NCBI GenBank assembly: GCA_963775425.1
Contig: CAVZJB010000016.1
Location: 544,001-608,000 of the forward strand
Origin: an uncultured delta proteobacterium
Lineage (GTDB): Bacteria; Myxococcota; UBA727; VGSZ01
Length of the DNA stretch: 64,000 bases
Direction: 5' to 3'
In this document: piece by piece, positions 1-10,116 of the stretch
Layout of the letters: every line of letters starts with the position of its first letter
Position numbering within the stretch: the first letter of the stretch is position 1
Notes under the pieces: model-generated
What the model was told of the DNA's origin: nothing
The model's database searches: none
What the model saw: only the letters and a program-made list of their open reading frames with translations
Position numbers and translations under genes: made by a program

Positions 1-172
1 GTGCCCGCGAACAGCGCGGGGTCGTCGTCAAGAGATCCAGGCCGATGTCCGGCTTGAGGTCGCGGTGCACCACGCCCGCGAGGCGGACCCCCGGGAGCAG
101 CGGGGGCTCCTCCCCTGCGGCGCTCGGCGCACCGCCTGCGAGGACGTCCTGGGTTTCGGCGGGGCGCGTCAC
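1..172 (-). pseudogene. Possible degenerate, internally deleted Ser/Thr protein kinase gene; runs off the window start
   Basis: The minus-strand frame from GTG at 172 reads VTRPAETQDVLAGGAPSAAGEEPPLLPGVRLAGVVHRDLKPDIGLDL. It has the Hanks kinase catalytic loop HRDLKP but no N-lobe. Another frame then gives LDDDPALFAGT, which resembles an activation segment. Confidence 0.4.
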
Positions 173-256
173 GGCCCAAGCATCGAGCGTGGTGAGAGCG
201 CCGCAAGCGCGGCCCGTTCGAGGCACACGTGTCCGCGCGTCCGTGCGGCGCGCGCT

Positions 257-1444
257 ATGGTGCACACCATGCCCTCGCGATCCGCGTTCGTACACGCGGC
301 CGACGTCGTCGAACGCGCGCTCGATGGAGCCGCTTGCGGCGCCGCCCGCGTCGACGCCCGCTTCGGCAGCGCCGAGGTCTCGTTCGCCGGGCTGTCGCCG
401 GCGCAAGCGGTCCACGCCGAGGCCCGCTTCGGCGCGCTCCCCCCAGCGGCCGCGCCCGACCCGGCGGTCCGGGTGCGGGTGGTGCGCGCGGCGCGCGAGG
501 GCTTCGTCGAGATAGACACCCGCGGCTGGGACAACACCATGGCGCTCGAGCACGCGCCCGACGTCGTCGTCGTCGTGGGCCGCGACTTCGTCGCCCGCGT
601 GGCGCCCGACGCACACGAGGCCACCGTGGCCACCTGGCTCGACGACGAGCACGTCATCGCCGCCCTCGAAAACCCGCTGCGTGTGCTGTCCGCCTACCTG
701 TGCCTCGCGCGCGGGGGCGCGCTCCTGCACTGCGCCGGCCTGGTCGACGGCGGGGCGGCGCGGGTGTGCTTCGGCCCCTCCGGGATCGGCAAGTCCACGG
801 TGGCGGCGGACTGGCTCGCCCGGGGCCGGAGCCTCCTGAGCGACGAGCTGTGCGCGCTCGAGCCCGAGGGCACGGGCTACGTCGTGGAGCAGCTCCCCTT
901 CGCCGGCGACGTCGCCGCCGCCGTCGTCCCCGGCGCCCGCGTGCCGCTCGCGGGGCTCTCGCGCCTCGACCAGGGCCCGGCCTCGCGCGTGGACCCCATG
1001 GGCAACGCCGCCGCCGTCGGCGCCCTCCTCGCGTGCGCGCCGTTCGTCAACGTCGATCCGTTCCGCCGCGACGCGCTCTTCTCCTCGCTCGAGCGCCTCG
1101 CGCGCGCGCACCCGGTGTCGCGCCTCACCCTGCGCCTCGGCGACGATCCGCGCGTCGTCCTCGCGGGGATCGAGGTCGCTTCGCGCTTCGCGCTCGCCCA
1201 CGGCGTCCGCTACCGCGTCGTCGACGGAGAGGCGCTCATCGTGTTGCAGACGTCGGGCGAGGCCGTGGGGCTGAACGGCACCGGCTCGCGGGCCTTCGAC
1301 CTCGCCGCGCGCGGCGCCTCGTTCGCGGCCATCGTCGACGCGCTCGACGGCGAGCTCGACGTCGAGCGCAGGACGCTCGAGAGCGATCTGCGCAGCTTCT
1401 TCGGCGAGCTCGTCGGCGGCGGCCTGCTCGAGGTGCGCGCGTGA
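257..1444 (+). CDS. HprK-related P-loop kinase fused to a C-terminal PqqD/RiPP recognition element (RRE) domain
   Basis: LLHCAGL, Walker A GPSGIGKST and LLSDEL are typical of HprK-like kinases. The last ~85 aa (YRVVDGEALIVLQTSGEAVGLNGTGSRAFDL...DLRSFFGELVGGGLLE) match the PqqD fold pattern. The start is probably ATG 257 or 269 rather than 65. Confidence 0.8.
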   Translation: MVHTMPSRSAFVHAADVVERALDGAACGAARVDARFGSAEVSFAGLSPAQAVHAEARFGALPPAAAPDPAVRVRVVRAAREGFVEIDTRGWDNTMALEHAPDVVVVVGRDFVARVAPDAHEATVATWLDDEHVIAALENPLRVLSAYLCLARGGALLHCAGLVDGGAARVCFGPSGIGKSTVAADWLARGRSLLSDELCALEPEGTGYVVEQLPFAGDVAAAVVPGARVPLAGLSRLDQGPASRVDPMGNAAAVGALLACAPFVNVDPFRRDALFSSLERLARAHPVSRLTLRLGDDPRVVLAGIEVASRFALAHGVRYRVVDGEALIVLQTSGEAVGLNGTGSRAFDLAARGASFAAIVDALDGELDVERRTLESDLRSFFGELVGGGLLEVRA

Positions 1445-2466
1445 GCTACGCCGACGTCATCGAAAACGCCTGGAACAAGAACGTGCTGCTCGTCGTGCTC
1501 TTCGAGCTCACCTACGACTGCAACTACGACTGCGTCTTTTGCTACAACGATCGGTCCCTCGCGGGGCGCAAGCTCGAGCTCGACGAGTACCTGCGCGTGC
1601 TCGACGAGCTCGCCGCCCTGGGCGTGTTGAACGTGGTGCTGTCGGGCGGCGAGCCCATGGTGCACCCCCACTTCTTCGACATCGGGGCCGCCGCCAAAGA
1701 GCGCGGCTTCGTGGTGCGTGTGAAGACCAACGGGCACCTGCTCCGCGGGGAGGCGCTCGAGCGGATGATGACCGACGTGGAGCCCCTCGCCGTGGAGGTG
1801 AGCCTGCACGGGGCCACCGCCGCCACGCACGAGAGGCAGACCAGGGTGCCCGGCAGCTTCGAGCGGCTCGTCGACAACCTGCGCGAGGCGCGCGACGCCG
1901 GGCTCCGCGTGCGCATCAACAGCACGCTCACCCGCTTCAACGAGGGCGAGCTCGACGCCATGTTCGCGCTCGCCGCCGCCCTCGGCTTCCCGCTCACGGT
2001 GGACCCGGACGTGACGCCGCGCGACGACGGCGATCGCTCACCGCTCGCCCTCGCCGCCAGCGACGACGCCCTGCGCGCGCTCGCCGGCCGGGGGCTCGTG
2101 CCCGGCGTGCACCACGAGGCGTGCGACACGCGCACCGACAAGCACTGCGGCGCCGGGTCATCGGCGCTGTGCATCGACCCGGTGGGCAACGTCTACCCCT
2201 GCGTGCAGTGGCGGCGCGCGGCGGGCAACGTGCGCGATGGCGCGCTGTCCGCCCTGTGGCGAAGCTCGCCCGTCCTCGCCGAGGTGCGCGCGCTCACCGT
2301 CGACGTCAAACGCATGGTGCAGTCCCACGACGCCGGCGCGTTCATGGGCTTTTGCCCCGGAACGGCCGAGAGCCTCGGCGGCGACCCGCTCGCTCCGTAC
2401 CTCAACGCCCGGCGTCGCAGTGACGCCGCGCTCGTGGTGCGCGGCAAGCTCCGCGTGCTCGACTGA
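1441..2466 (+). CDS. Radical SAM protein with SPASM/twitch-type C-terminal domain (PqqE-like peptide maturase family)
   Basis: The GTG start overlaps the upstream stop (GTGA). CxxxCxxC motif ELTYDCNYDCVFC, GGEP motif, TNG, and C-terminal CGAGSSALCIDPVGNVYPC. Confidence 0.9.
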   Translation: MSYADVIENAWNKNVLLVVLFELTYDCNYDCVFCYNDRSLAGRKLELDEYLRVLDELAALGVLNVVLSGGEPMVHPHFFDIGAAAKERGFVVRVKTNGHLLRGEALERMMTDVEPLAVEVSLHGATAATHERQTRVPGSFERLVDNLREARDAGLRVRINSTLTRFNEGELDAMFALAAALGFPLTVDPDVTPRDDGDRSPLALAASDDALRALAGRGLVPGVHHEACDTRTDKHCGAGSSALCIDPVGNVYPCVQWRRAAGNVRDGALSALWRSSPVLAEVRALTVDVKRMVQSHDAGAFMGFCPGTAESLGGDPLAPYLNARRRSDAALVVRGKLRVLD

Positions 2467-2474
2467 CGACGCGC

Positions 2475-2663
2475 TCAGCTCGAGATAGGTCCGCTCGGAC
2501 ACTGGCCGGGGTTGCCCTTGGCGGGAGGCGCCGGCGCGCACACCGCGGCGATGGCCTCGATGCGCTCGCGAAAGACCACGCGCGGCGCCGCGTACGGCTT
2601 CTTCTCGGGGTTGCCGCGGTTGTCCGGCGCTGTGTCCGGCGCGACCTGGGTGGGGGCCTTCAA
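2475..2663 (-). CDS. Candidate RiPP precursor peptide (62 aa)
   Basis: The TTG start at 2663 overlaps the C25 stop (TTGA), with GGAGG 5 nt upstream. Sequence MKAPTQVAPDTAPDNRGNPEKKPYAAPRVVFRERIEAIAAVCAPAPPAKGNPGQCPSGPISS: YxxP leader motif, two Cys, adjacent to RRE and rSAM genes. Confidence 0.7.
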   Translation of the reverse strand: MKAPTQVAPDTAPDNRGNPEKKPYAAPRVVFRERIEAIAAVCAPAPPAKGNPGQCPSGPISS

Positions 2664-5600
2664 CGCCGCCTCCGGCGCAGCAGCAGCGCGAGCCCGAGCG
2701 CGAGCGCCGCGAGGAGCGGTGCGCCGCCGCTCTGCGCGCAAGACGCCGAGTCCCCCGTGGAGGCGAGCGGCACGGTGGGGTCACCGAGCAGCTCTTCGGT
2801 GCCGAGGAGCCTCGCGTCGCCGCCGCCGTCGACGTACCCGCGCCCGGCGTCGACGAGGACGGCGCCCACCGTCCCGCCCTGCGAGAGCCGCGCGAAGAGC
2901 TGCGCCGCGAAATTGCCGGCGAGCGCGTCGCTGGTCTTCGTCGTGGGCGCGAGCGCGACGACGGCGCCGCCGGAGCGGATGAGGTCTTCACCGAGCCCCG
3001 GGAACGGAGCCAGCTCGAAGCGGTTGATGAGGCAGGTGAGCGCGAGCAGCGCCCACGGGCCGCGCGCCGCGAGCGCGTCCTCGTCGCGCGCCATCAGGAT
3101 GCCGTCGTTGCCGATGCGGTCCATGCCGCCGTGGCCGACGAAGGTCAGGAGGGACGAAGGCGCGAGGGCGTCGAGCACCGCGGCGCGCGTCTGATCCAAC
3201 GACGCGCCACCGGCCGACACCAGCGACGACGAGACCGTCACCTGCTGCCGCAAGCTCGCCGCCTCGGCCGCGAACGCGGCGCCGTCGCGCGGGCCGTCGG
3301 CGAGGAACGTGGCCGACGCTGGCCCGGCGAAGGCGCGCGCGCGCGCGAGGTAACCCTCGACGTCGGCCGCGCTGTGCGCCGGGATGCGGCCGACGGCGAC
3401 GTCGGGGACCCCGTCGCCGTCGACGTCGCCGGCCAGGGAGTCGGCGGCGGCCAGCCCGGCGCCGCCGGTCTGCTGGAGCAGCGGCGGGATGAAGTCCTCG
3501 TGCCGCCCTTGCACGTCGCGATAGTCGACGTCGCCGTCGCCGACGAAGACGGCGTAGCGCGGCGCGGGGCTCCAGCGCGCGACCGCAGCGGCGAGGAACC
3601 GGCGCAGCGCGCGGGGATCGGGGTCGCCGGCCGCGTACCGATCAAAGACGTCCTGCACGTCCACCACGCGGCTCACGAGCCCGCGCTCCGCGTGCCACGC
3701 GGCGAGGTCCGCCGCGGCGTCCAGGAACGCGTGGGGCGCGATGACGACGACGTCGGCGCCGCCGGCGGCGAGCGGGAGCGCGGGCCCCGCCGCGGGCACC
3801 ACGAGCGCGGGGCGCGCGCGCCCGTCCGCGAGCGCGAACACGCCGGCCGCCGGCAAGCGCGCGCGCAGCGCACCGTCGACGACGCGCGCGCCGGCGAGCC
3901 GCAGGAGCCGCCCGCCGTCGACGCGGTACAGCCACGACGACGCCGGCGCCCCGGCCAGCGCGACGACGTCCCCCGCCCCGCCCGCGAACACGCGCGGCGC
4001 CGCCGTGAGGGTGCGCTCGTAGTCGACGCGGACTGCGTCCAGGAACAGGGCGTTCATCGACACGCCGGGGTCGAGCACGGCGTCGACGGCGACGTGGACG
4101 TGGCCGCCGGCGACCGCGTCGGCGGGGAGGTCCAGCGAGCGCTCCACGCGGGCCACGCCGGAGAAGAACACGTCGCCGGCCGCGACGCCGTCGACGGTGA
4201 CGCGGACGTGGTGGTCGTCGGGCCTGCCCGCGTCGGTGGCGCCTTGCAGGGCGAGCGTGAGCCGCGGGGCGGCGCCGGCCTCGACGGCGCCGGGCGCGTC
4301 GACGTCGGTCTCGTAGTGGTCGTAGCCCGCGTAGCCCGCCGCGAGCGACGCGGCGAACCAGACGTCGGCGTTCGGGTCGAGGTCGACGCTGGTGCCGGGG
4401 AAGACGTCGTCGGCGCGCACCGCCGTGGCGCGGGCGCTGCGGCGTGTCACCGGCGCGACGCCTGGATCGGCGTCGACGACGCCCGCGCGCGCGCCGGCGG
4501 CCTCGGAGAGGAAGTACGTGCGCGCCGCGGCGAACGGGCTCGTCGAGCCCCGGCCCATGAAGACGAGCGCGCCGTCGCGGACGTCGACGGGGACGGCGAG
4601 CCCGTCGCTTTCGACCGCGATGTGCCCGTGGTCCGCGTCGTCGACGATGCGCTGCAGGGGGCGCTGAAGCAGCAGCGCGATCTGCGCGAGCGGAACGCCG
4701 ACGACGCCGTCGTCCTTCACGAGCACGCGCAGCCGCGCGGGCGGGCGAGCGCGCAACGGCGCCCCCGCGGACGGCAGCGCGGCGGGCGCGGCCATCATCG
4801 CGAGCTGCGGTGCGCCCGAGACACCGCTCCATTGCGGCGCGCCCCCGGCGAGGCTCGGCCCCCGCGGCAAGACCGCGCGCACGTCGACGACGTCGTAGGG
4901 GCCGTGCGCGGTGGCGTTGCCGCGCACGTCGTGCTCGGTGATGACGTAGGCCACCGCGCCGAACGCGGCCGCGTCGTCGTCGTGCACGGCGTAGGCGTGG
5001 CCCTCCGCGTGCATCGGGCTCGGCACCAGATCGCCGACGGGGGCGCGCTCGCCGTCTGCGCCGACGCGCTCGACGGAGAACCCGAGCGTGCCGGCCTCGC
5101 CGGCGGTGCGCCACGACACGTCGACGCCGCCGGGCGAGCGCTCCACGGCGACGTCGACGACGGACGCGTAGGTCTCCAGGCCCGCGGTGACCGCCAGCTC
5201 GCACAGCGGACCGAAGGTGAACGTGGCGCGCCCCTGCGTGCTGTTGCCGGTCTCGTCGACGTATTGCGCGGTCGTGCCCGCGGCCGTGGCGCCCGTGACG
5301 ACGATGCGCTCGCCCGCGGACGCCGGCGTGACGTCGACGTCGTAGGCGATGAGCGCCGTGGCCCCCGCTATGACGACGCCGGGGTTCCAGACCACGTCGC
5401 CCGCGACGCCCACGGCGGGGGACGTGGCCGTGCCCTGCGTGGCCGCGAGCGCACCGGCGAAGGACACGCCCGCCGGCACCGTCGACGTCACGGTGTGCGT
5501 GGCGGAGAACGTGATCGGCAGCGACGTCGGGTTCCGCACGCGCACCGTGACCGTGAGCGTCGACGTGCTCCCGGGCGCGGGCGGGTTCGGCCCGCCCTTG

Positions 5601-6637
5601 GCGCGTACGAATTGCTCGACGATGGGCTTCGCCGGCGCGGCGCCGCTGTCGCTCGGCAGGTAGAGGCGGAACGCGCCGGGCTCCGGTTGGTTGCGCGGGC
5701 TCGGCGGGTTGCCGCTGCCGGCCACCGCAGCGAATTGGCCTGCCACGGAGTAGGTAATGACGTTGGCGGCGGCGCCGCCGGCCTTGCGGACGTCGGCGGC
5801 GGCGGTCCACACGCCGTAGTTCTGCGCGGTGTTGTCGCTGGTGAACGGCGCCGACGCGTTGCTCCGCCAGACACCGTTGCCCGACACGTTCGTGAACGCC
5901 TGCGAGAAGCTCACGTTGCCGGTCAGCGTGTAGCTCGTGCCGGCCGCGCCGTCGGCGTCGAAGTCGTTGGAGGCGGCGGTGCAGCCGGAGGTCACCCAGG
6001 GGTGGAACGTGTTCACCTGCTGCGACGCGGTGGTAGGCCCGAGGCCGAGATAGCTGTCCGCGTACACCGGGATCTCGACGCCGCCTGCGCCGGGATCGCC
6101 GTCGTGGGCGCGGACGCCGTAGCCGGCGGTCTCGTCGCCGTTGTTGTTGGGATCGATGCGGAGCTCCCAGTGGCCCGCCGCGGGGTTTTGGACCGTCCCG
6201 AACAGCGCCGACCACGCGTTATCGACGCAGACCGCGGGCGTGTTGGCGTTGCTGCACACGACGGTGCCCCCCACCTGGGCCCCGCTCGGCGCAAACAGCG
6301 AGTAGGCCACCGACGTGTTGAACCGGCGGCCGGTGAGCAGATCGCGCGTGCCCTCCCCGTTGCCGCCGCGGCCGACGTCCGCGTCGAAGACCTCCACGAC
6401 GAGCTGCGAGAGGCCGGGCGGCACCTCGATGAAGAAGCGGTAGCTGTCGTTCAACGCCGGGGCCTGCGCGGTGCCGACCCAGTCGCCGCTCACGACCTGC
6501 TCGCCCGCGCCGTTCAGCCGCAACAGCGCGGTGGTGCTCGTGGGGTTGCTCGACGCAGCGGACGCCGCCGCGCACCACAGCGCCGCCACGGCGGGCGCGG
6601 CGCGGCACAGGGGGATCGGGAGCACAACGGAGCGCAC
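2660..6637 (-). CDS. Large secreted C25-family (gingipain-like) cysteine peptidase with DUF11/Ig-like region and MYXO-CTERM anchor
   Basis: N-terminal signal peptide and a DUF11-like TVTVRVRNPT...VPAGVSF segment. C25 hallmarks DVDGDGVPDVAVGRIP, FVGHGG (His) and ALTCL (Cys), ending LLGDP. C-terminus SCAQSGGAPLLAALALGLALLLRRRRR. Confidence 0.85.
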   Translation of the reverse strand: MRSVVLPIPLCRAAPAVAALWCAAASAASSNPTSTTALLRLNGAGEQVVSGDWVGTAQAPALNDSYRFFIEVPPGLSQLVVEVFDADVGRGGNGEGTRDLLTGRRFNTSVAYSLFAPSGAQVGGTVVCSNANTPAVCVDNAWSALFGTVQNPAAGHWELRIDPNNNGDETAGYGVRAHDGDPGAGGVEIPVYADSYLGLGPTTASQQVNTFHPWVTSGCTAASNDFDADGAAGTSYTLTGNVSFSQAFTNVSGNGVWRSNASAPFTSDNTAQNYGVWTAAADVRKAGGAAANVITYSVAGQFAAVAGSGNPPSPRNQPEPGAFRLYLPSDSGAAPAKPIVEQFVRAKGGPNPPAPGSTSTLTVTVRVRNPTSLPITFSATHTVTSTVPAGVSFAGALAATQGTATSPAVGVAGDVVWNPGVVIAGATALIAYDVDVTPASAGERIVVTGATAAGTTAQYVDETGNSTQGRATFTFGPLCELAVTAGLETYASVVDVAVERSPGGVDVSWRTAGEAGTLGFSVERVGADGERAPVGDLVPSPMHAEGHAYAVHDDDAAAFGAVAYVITEHDVRGNATAHGPYDVVDVRAVLPRGPSLAGGAPQWSGVSGAPQLAMMAAPAALPSAGAPLRARPPARLRVLVKDDGVVGVPLAQIALLLQRPLQRIVDDADHGHIAVESDGLAVPVDVRDGALVFMGRGSTSPFAAARTYFLSEAAGARAGVVDADPGVAPVTRRSARATAVRADDVFPGTSVDLDPNADVWFAASLAAGYAGYDHYETDVDAPGAVEAGAAPRLTLALQGATDAGRPDDHHVRVTVDGVAAGDVFFSGVARVERSLDLPADAVAGGHVHVAVDAVLDPGVSMNALFLDAVRVDYERTLTAAPRVFAGGAGDVVALAGAPASSWLYRVDGGRLLRLAGARVVDGALRARLPAAGVFALADGRARPALVVPAAGPALPLAAGGADVVVIAPHAFLDAAADLAAWHAERGLVSRVVDVQDVFDRYAAGDPDPRALRRFLAAAVARWSPAPRYAVFVGDGDVDYRDVQGRHEDFIPPLLQQTGGAGLAAADSLAGDVDGDGVPDVAVGRIPAHSAADVEGYLARARAFAGPASATFLADGPRDGAAFAAEAASLRQQVTVSSSLVSAGGASLDQTRAAVLDALAPSSLLTFVGHGGMDRIGNDGILMARDEDALAARGPWALLALTCLINRFELAPFPGLGEDLIRSGGAVVALAPTTKTSDALAGNFAAQLFARLSQGGTVGAVLVDAGRGYVDGGGDARLLGTEELLGDPTVPLASTGDSASCAQSGGAPLLAALALGLALLLRRRRR

Positions 6638-6794
6638 GGTCGGGATGTTAGTGCGGGCGTCCAGCCCCGCCCATGAAGAAGCCCGGGGTGCCTCGCTCGG
6701 CGACGAAGAGGGGCCCGATGCATCCTGCGCCGGGGCGTTTCGGGGGCGGAGGGACGGCCTCGATTCCGCGCGCGCGGTGCTCTAGCGTGACCGC

Positions 6795-7637
6795 GTGAAG
6801 CTCCCCTTCGGCGCCGGCCGCGTGCTCGGGTCGCTCGCCGTCATGTCGCTCCTGCTCGCCGCCCTCGCGCGGCCACCGCTGCCCGGCGTCGCCCGCGTCG
6901 TCGTGGTGCTCGTCGTCGCGGCGCTCGCGGCGCTGTCGGCGCGCTCGAGCCTGCTGCTCATCGCCGCCCGCCGCGGGCTGCTCGTCGTCCAGGAGGGCGC
7001 GCCCCGTCACCGGCTCCTGCTCGTGAGCGTCCCCGCCGCCGCCGCGGGCGCGGTGCTCGGGGCGCCGCTGCTGGTGTTGCCGGCGGTGCACGCGCGCTTC
7101 GAGGTCCTCGTCGCCGGCCTCCTCGGCGCCCTCGCCGGCGCGGGCCTCGCCCTCGCCGACGACAGGCCCAAGGGCCCCCGGCCCACCACGCGCTTTTCGT
7201 GGCTGGTCCTCGACACGGCGCTGCCCGCGGGGATCGTCGCCGCGTCTGTGGGCGTCTGCGTCGCGTTCCTGCGGCTGCGCAACCTCGACGTCGTCACGCC
7301 CGGCGAGCTCGCCCGCCACCTCGGCATGACCACGTTCGCGTACGCGCTCCTCCTCGGCTTGGCGGGCTTCTTCAAGGCCTACGGCGAGCAGTCCGCCGGC
7401 CTCGTCGTCGTCGAAAAGACGGCCGCGTCCCTCCCCGGCCCCGTGCTCGCGGGCGCCGCCCTCGGCGTCACCCTCTTGTTCGCCGTGCCGCACCTCGCGC
7501 CGGCGCTCCCGCTGCGCGACGCGCTGATCCTCAAGGCGGCCGTCGGCCTCGTCGTCGGCGGCGGCCTCTCGTTGCTCGGCGCCCTTCAGGGAGCGCGGGC
7601 AGCGTCGCTCGGTCTCAAGCGGCGCAAGGCTAGCTGA
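6795..7637 (+). CDS. Hypothetical multi-pass membrane protein
   Basis: 280-aa ORF with about 8-9 hydrophobic segments, filling the gap between opposite-strand genes. Confidence 0.65.
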   Translation: MKLPFGAGRVLGSLAVMSLLLAALARPPLPGVARVVVVLVVAALAALSARSSLLLIAARRGLLVVQEGAPRHRLLLVSVPAAAAGAVLGAPLLVLPAVHARFEVLVAGLLGALAGAGLALADDRPKGPRPTTRFSWLVLDTALPAGIVAASVGVCVAFLRLRNLDVVTPGELARHLGMTTFAYALLLGLAGFFKAYGEQSAGLVVVEKTAASLPGPVLAGAALGVTLLFAVPHLAPALPLRDALILKAAVGLVVGGGLSLLGALQGARAASLGLKRRKAS

Positions 7638-8517
7638 CGACGCGGTTTCTGCCGCCCTGCTTGCCTTCGTAGAGCTTCTCGTCGGCGCGCTCGATGAAGC
7701 TGTCGACGCTGTCGCCCTTGGCCATCTGGGTGACGCCCATGGAGATGGTCACCGGGATGATGTTCCCCTCGAACTCGTAGCGGGTCTCCTCGATCATCTG
7801 CCGGATCTTCTCGGCGAGGATGACGCCGCGGTCGGCGGGCGTGTCCGGCAGGAGGATGGCGAACTCCTCGCCGCCGTAGCGGGCGAAGCACTCCTCCTTG
7901 CGGATGTTCTTCGTCGAGATGGAGATGGAGAGCTTCTTCAACACGAAGTCGCCGGCGAGGTGCCCGTACTCGTCGTTCACCTTCTTGAAGTGATCGATGT
8001 CGAACATGATGAGCGCCAGGGGTCTTTGATAGCGAGCACAGCGCGCCATCTCGCGATCGATGAACTCGAGGAAGTAGCGCTTGTTGTAGGTCTGCGTGAG
8101 GCCATCGATGATGGCCATCCGGTAGATCTCTTCGTAGTAGAGCTGCTCGATGTTGTCGCCGTCGATGAACTTGAAGATGACGCCGCCGACCTTGACGAAG
8201 TCACCGTTTTTGAGCTTCCGCCTCGACGTCAGCTCCTCGTCGTTGACGAAGGTGCCGTTGGTGGAGCCCATGTCCTCGATGTAGTTGCCGCCGGCGCCCG
8301 CGTAGATCTTGCAGTGCGTGCGCGACACGTTGTCCATGTCGCAGACGATGCCGTTGTCGGGGCCGCGGCCGATGGTGGTCTGCACCTTGTCGAGCGGGTA
8401 CTTGCGCCCGATGTCCTTGCCGTAGATCTGCACGAAGCAGGGGATGCCACCGGCAAGGCGCTTGTCGGCGATCTTGCTGACCTGGGAGACGCGGGTCTTC
8501 TCTTCGCGGGTGACCAC
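7630..8517 (-). CDS. FHA domain diguanylate cyclase (DgcB-like)
   Basis: FHA motifs TIGRG, VSRTH and DMGSTNGTFVN, followed by a GGDEF domain (DIDHFKKVNDEYGHLAGD, RYGGEEF). Confidence 0.92.
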   Translation of the reverse strand: MVTREEKTRVSQVSKIADKRLAGGIPCFVQIYGKDIGRKYPLDKVQTTIGRGPDNGIVCDMDNVSRTHCKIYAGAGGNYIEDMGSTNGTFVNDEELTSRRKLKNGDFVKVGGVIFKFIDGDNIEQLYYEEIYRMAIIDGLTQTYNKRYFLEFIDREMARCARYQRPLALIMFDIDHFKKVNDEYGHLAGDFVLKKLSISISTKNIRKEECFARYGGEEFAILLPDTPADRGVILAEKIRQMIEETRYEFEGNIIPVTISMGVTQMAKGDSVDSFIERADEKLYEGKQGGRNRVVS

Positions 8518-8529
8518 GGGGGGACCGTA

Positions 8530-10020
<1,491 letters not shown>

Positions 10021-10116
10021 GCGGGGAATGTGCCCCGAGCCGCCGCCCCGCGTCAATCAAGCTCCCGGGGTGCTTCCCGCATTGACGTCGACAAGCCCCC
10101 GCGTGATCCCGCCCGC

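Noticed and set aside
257-2663. PQQ or lasso peptide biosynthesis cluster
   Set aside because: There is no pqqB/pqqC and no ExxxY motif in the peptide. There is no lasso cyclase or B2 protease, and no acceptor Asp/Glu in the core.
3131-6676. Large antisense and alternative-frame ORFs (also 15346-19224, 34269-38234, 36388-39897, 39840-42968)
   Set aside because: They are shadows of real genes in a very GC-rich genome and contain no recognisable motifs.
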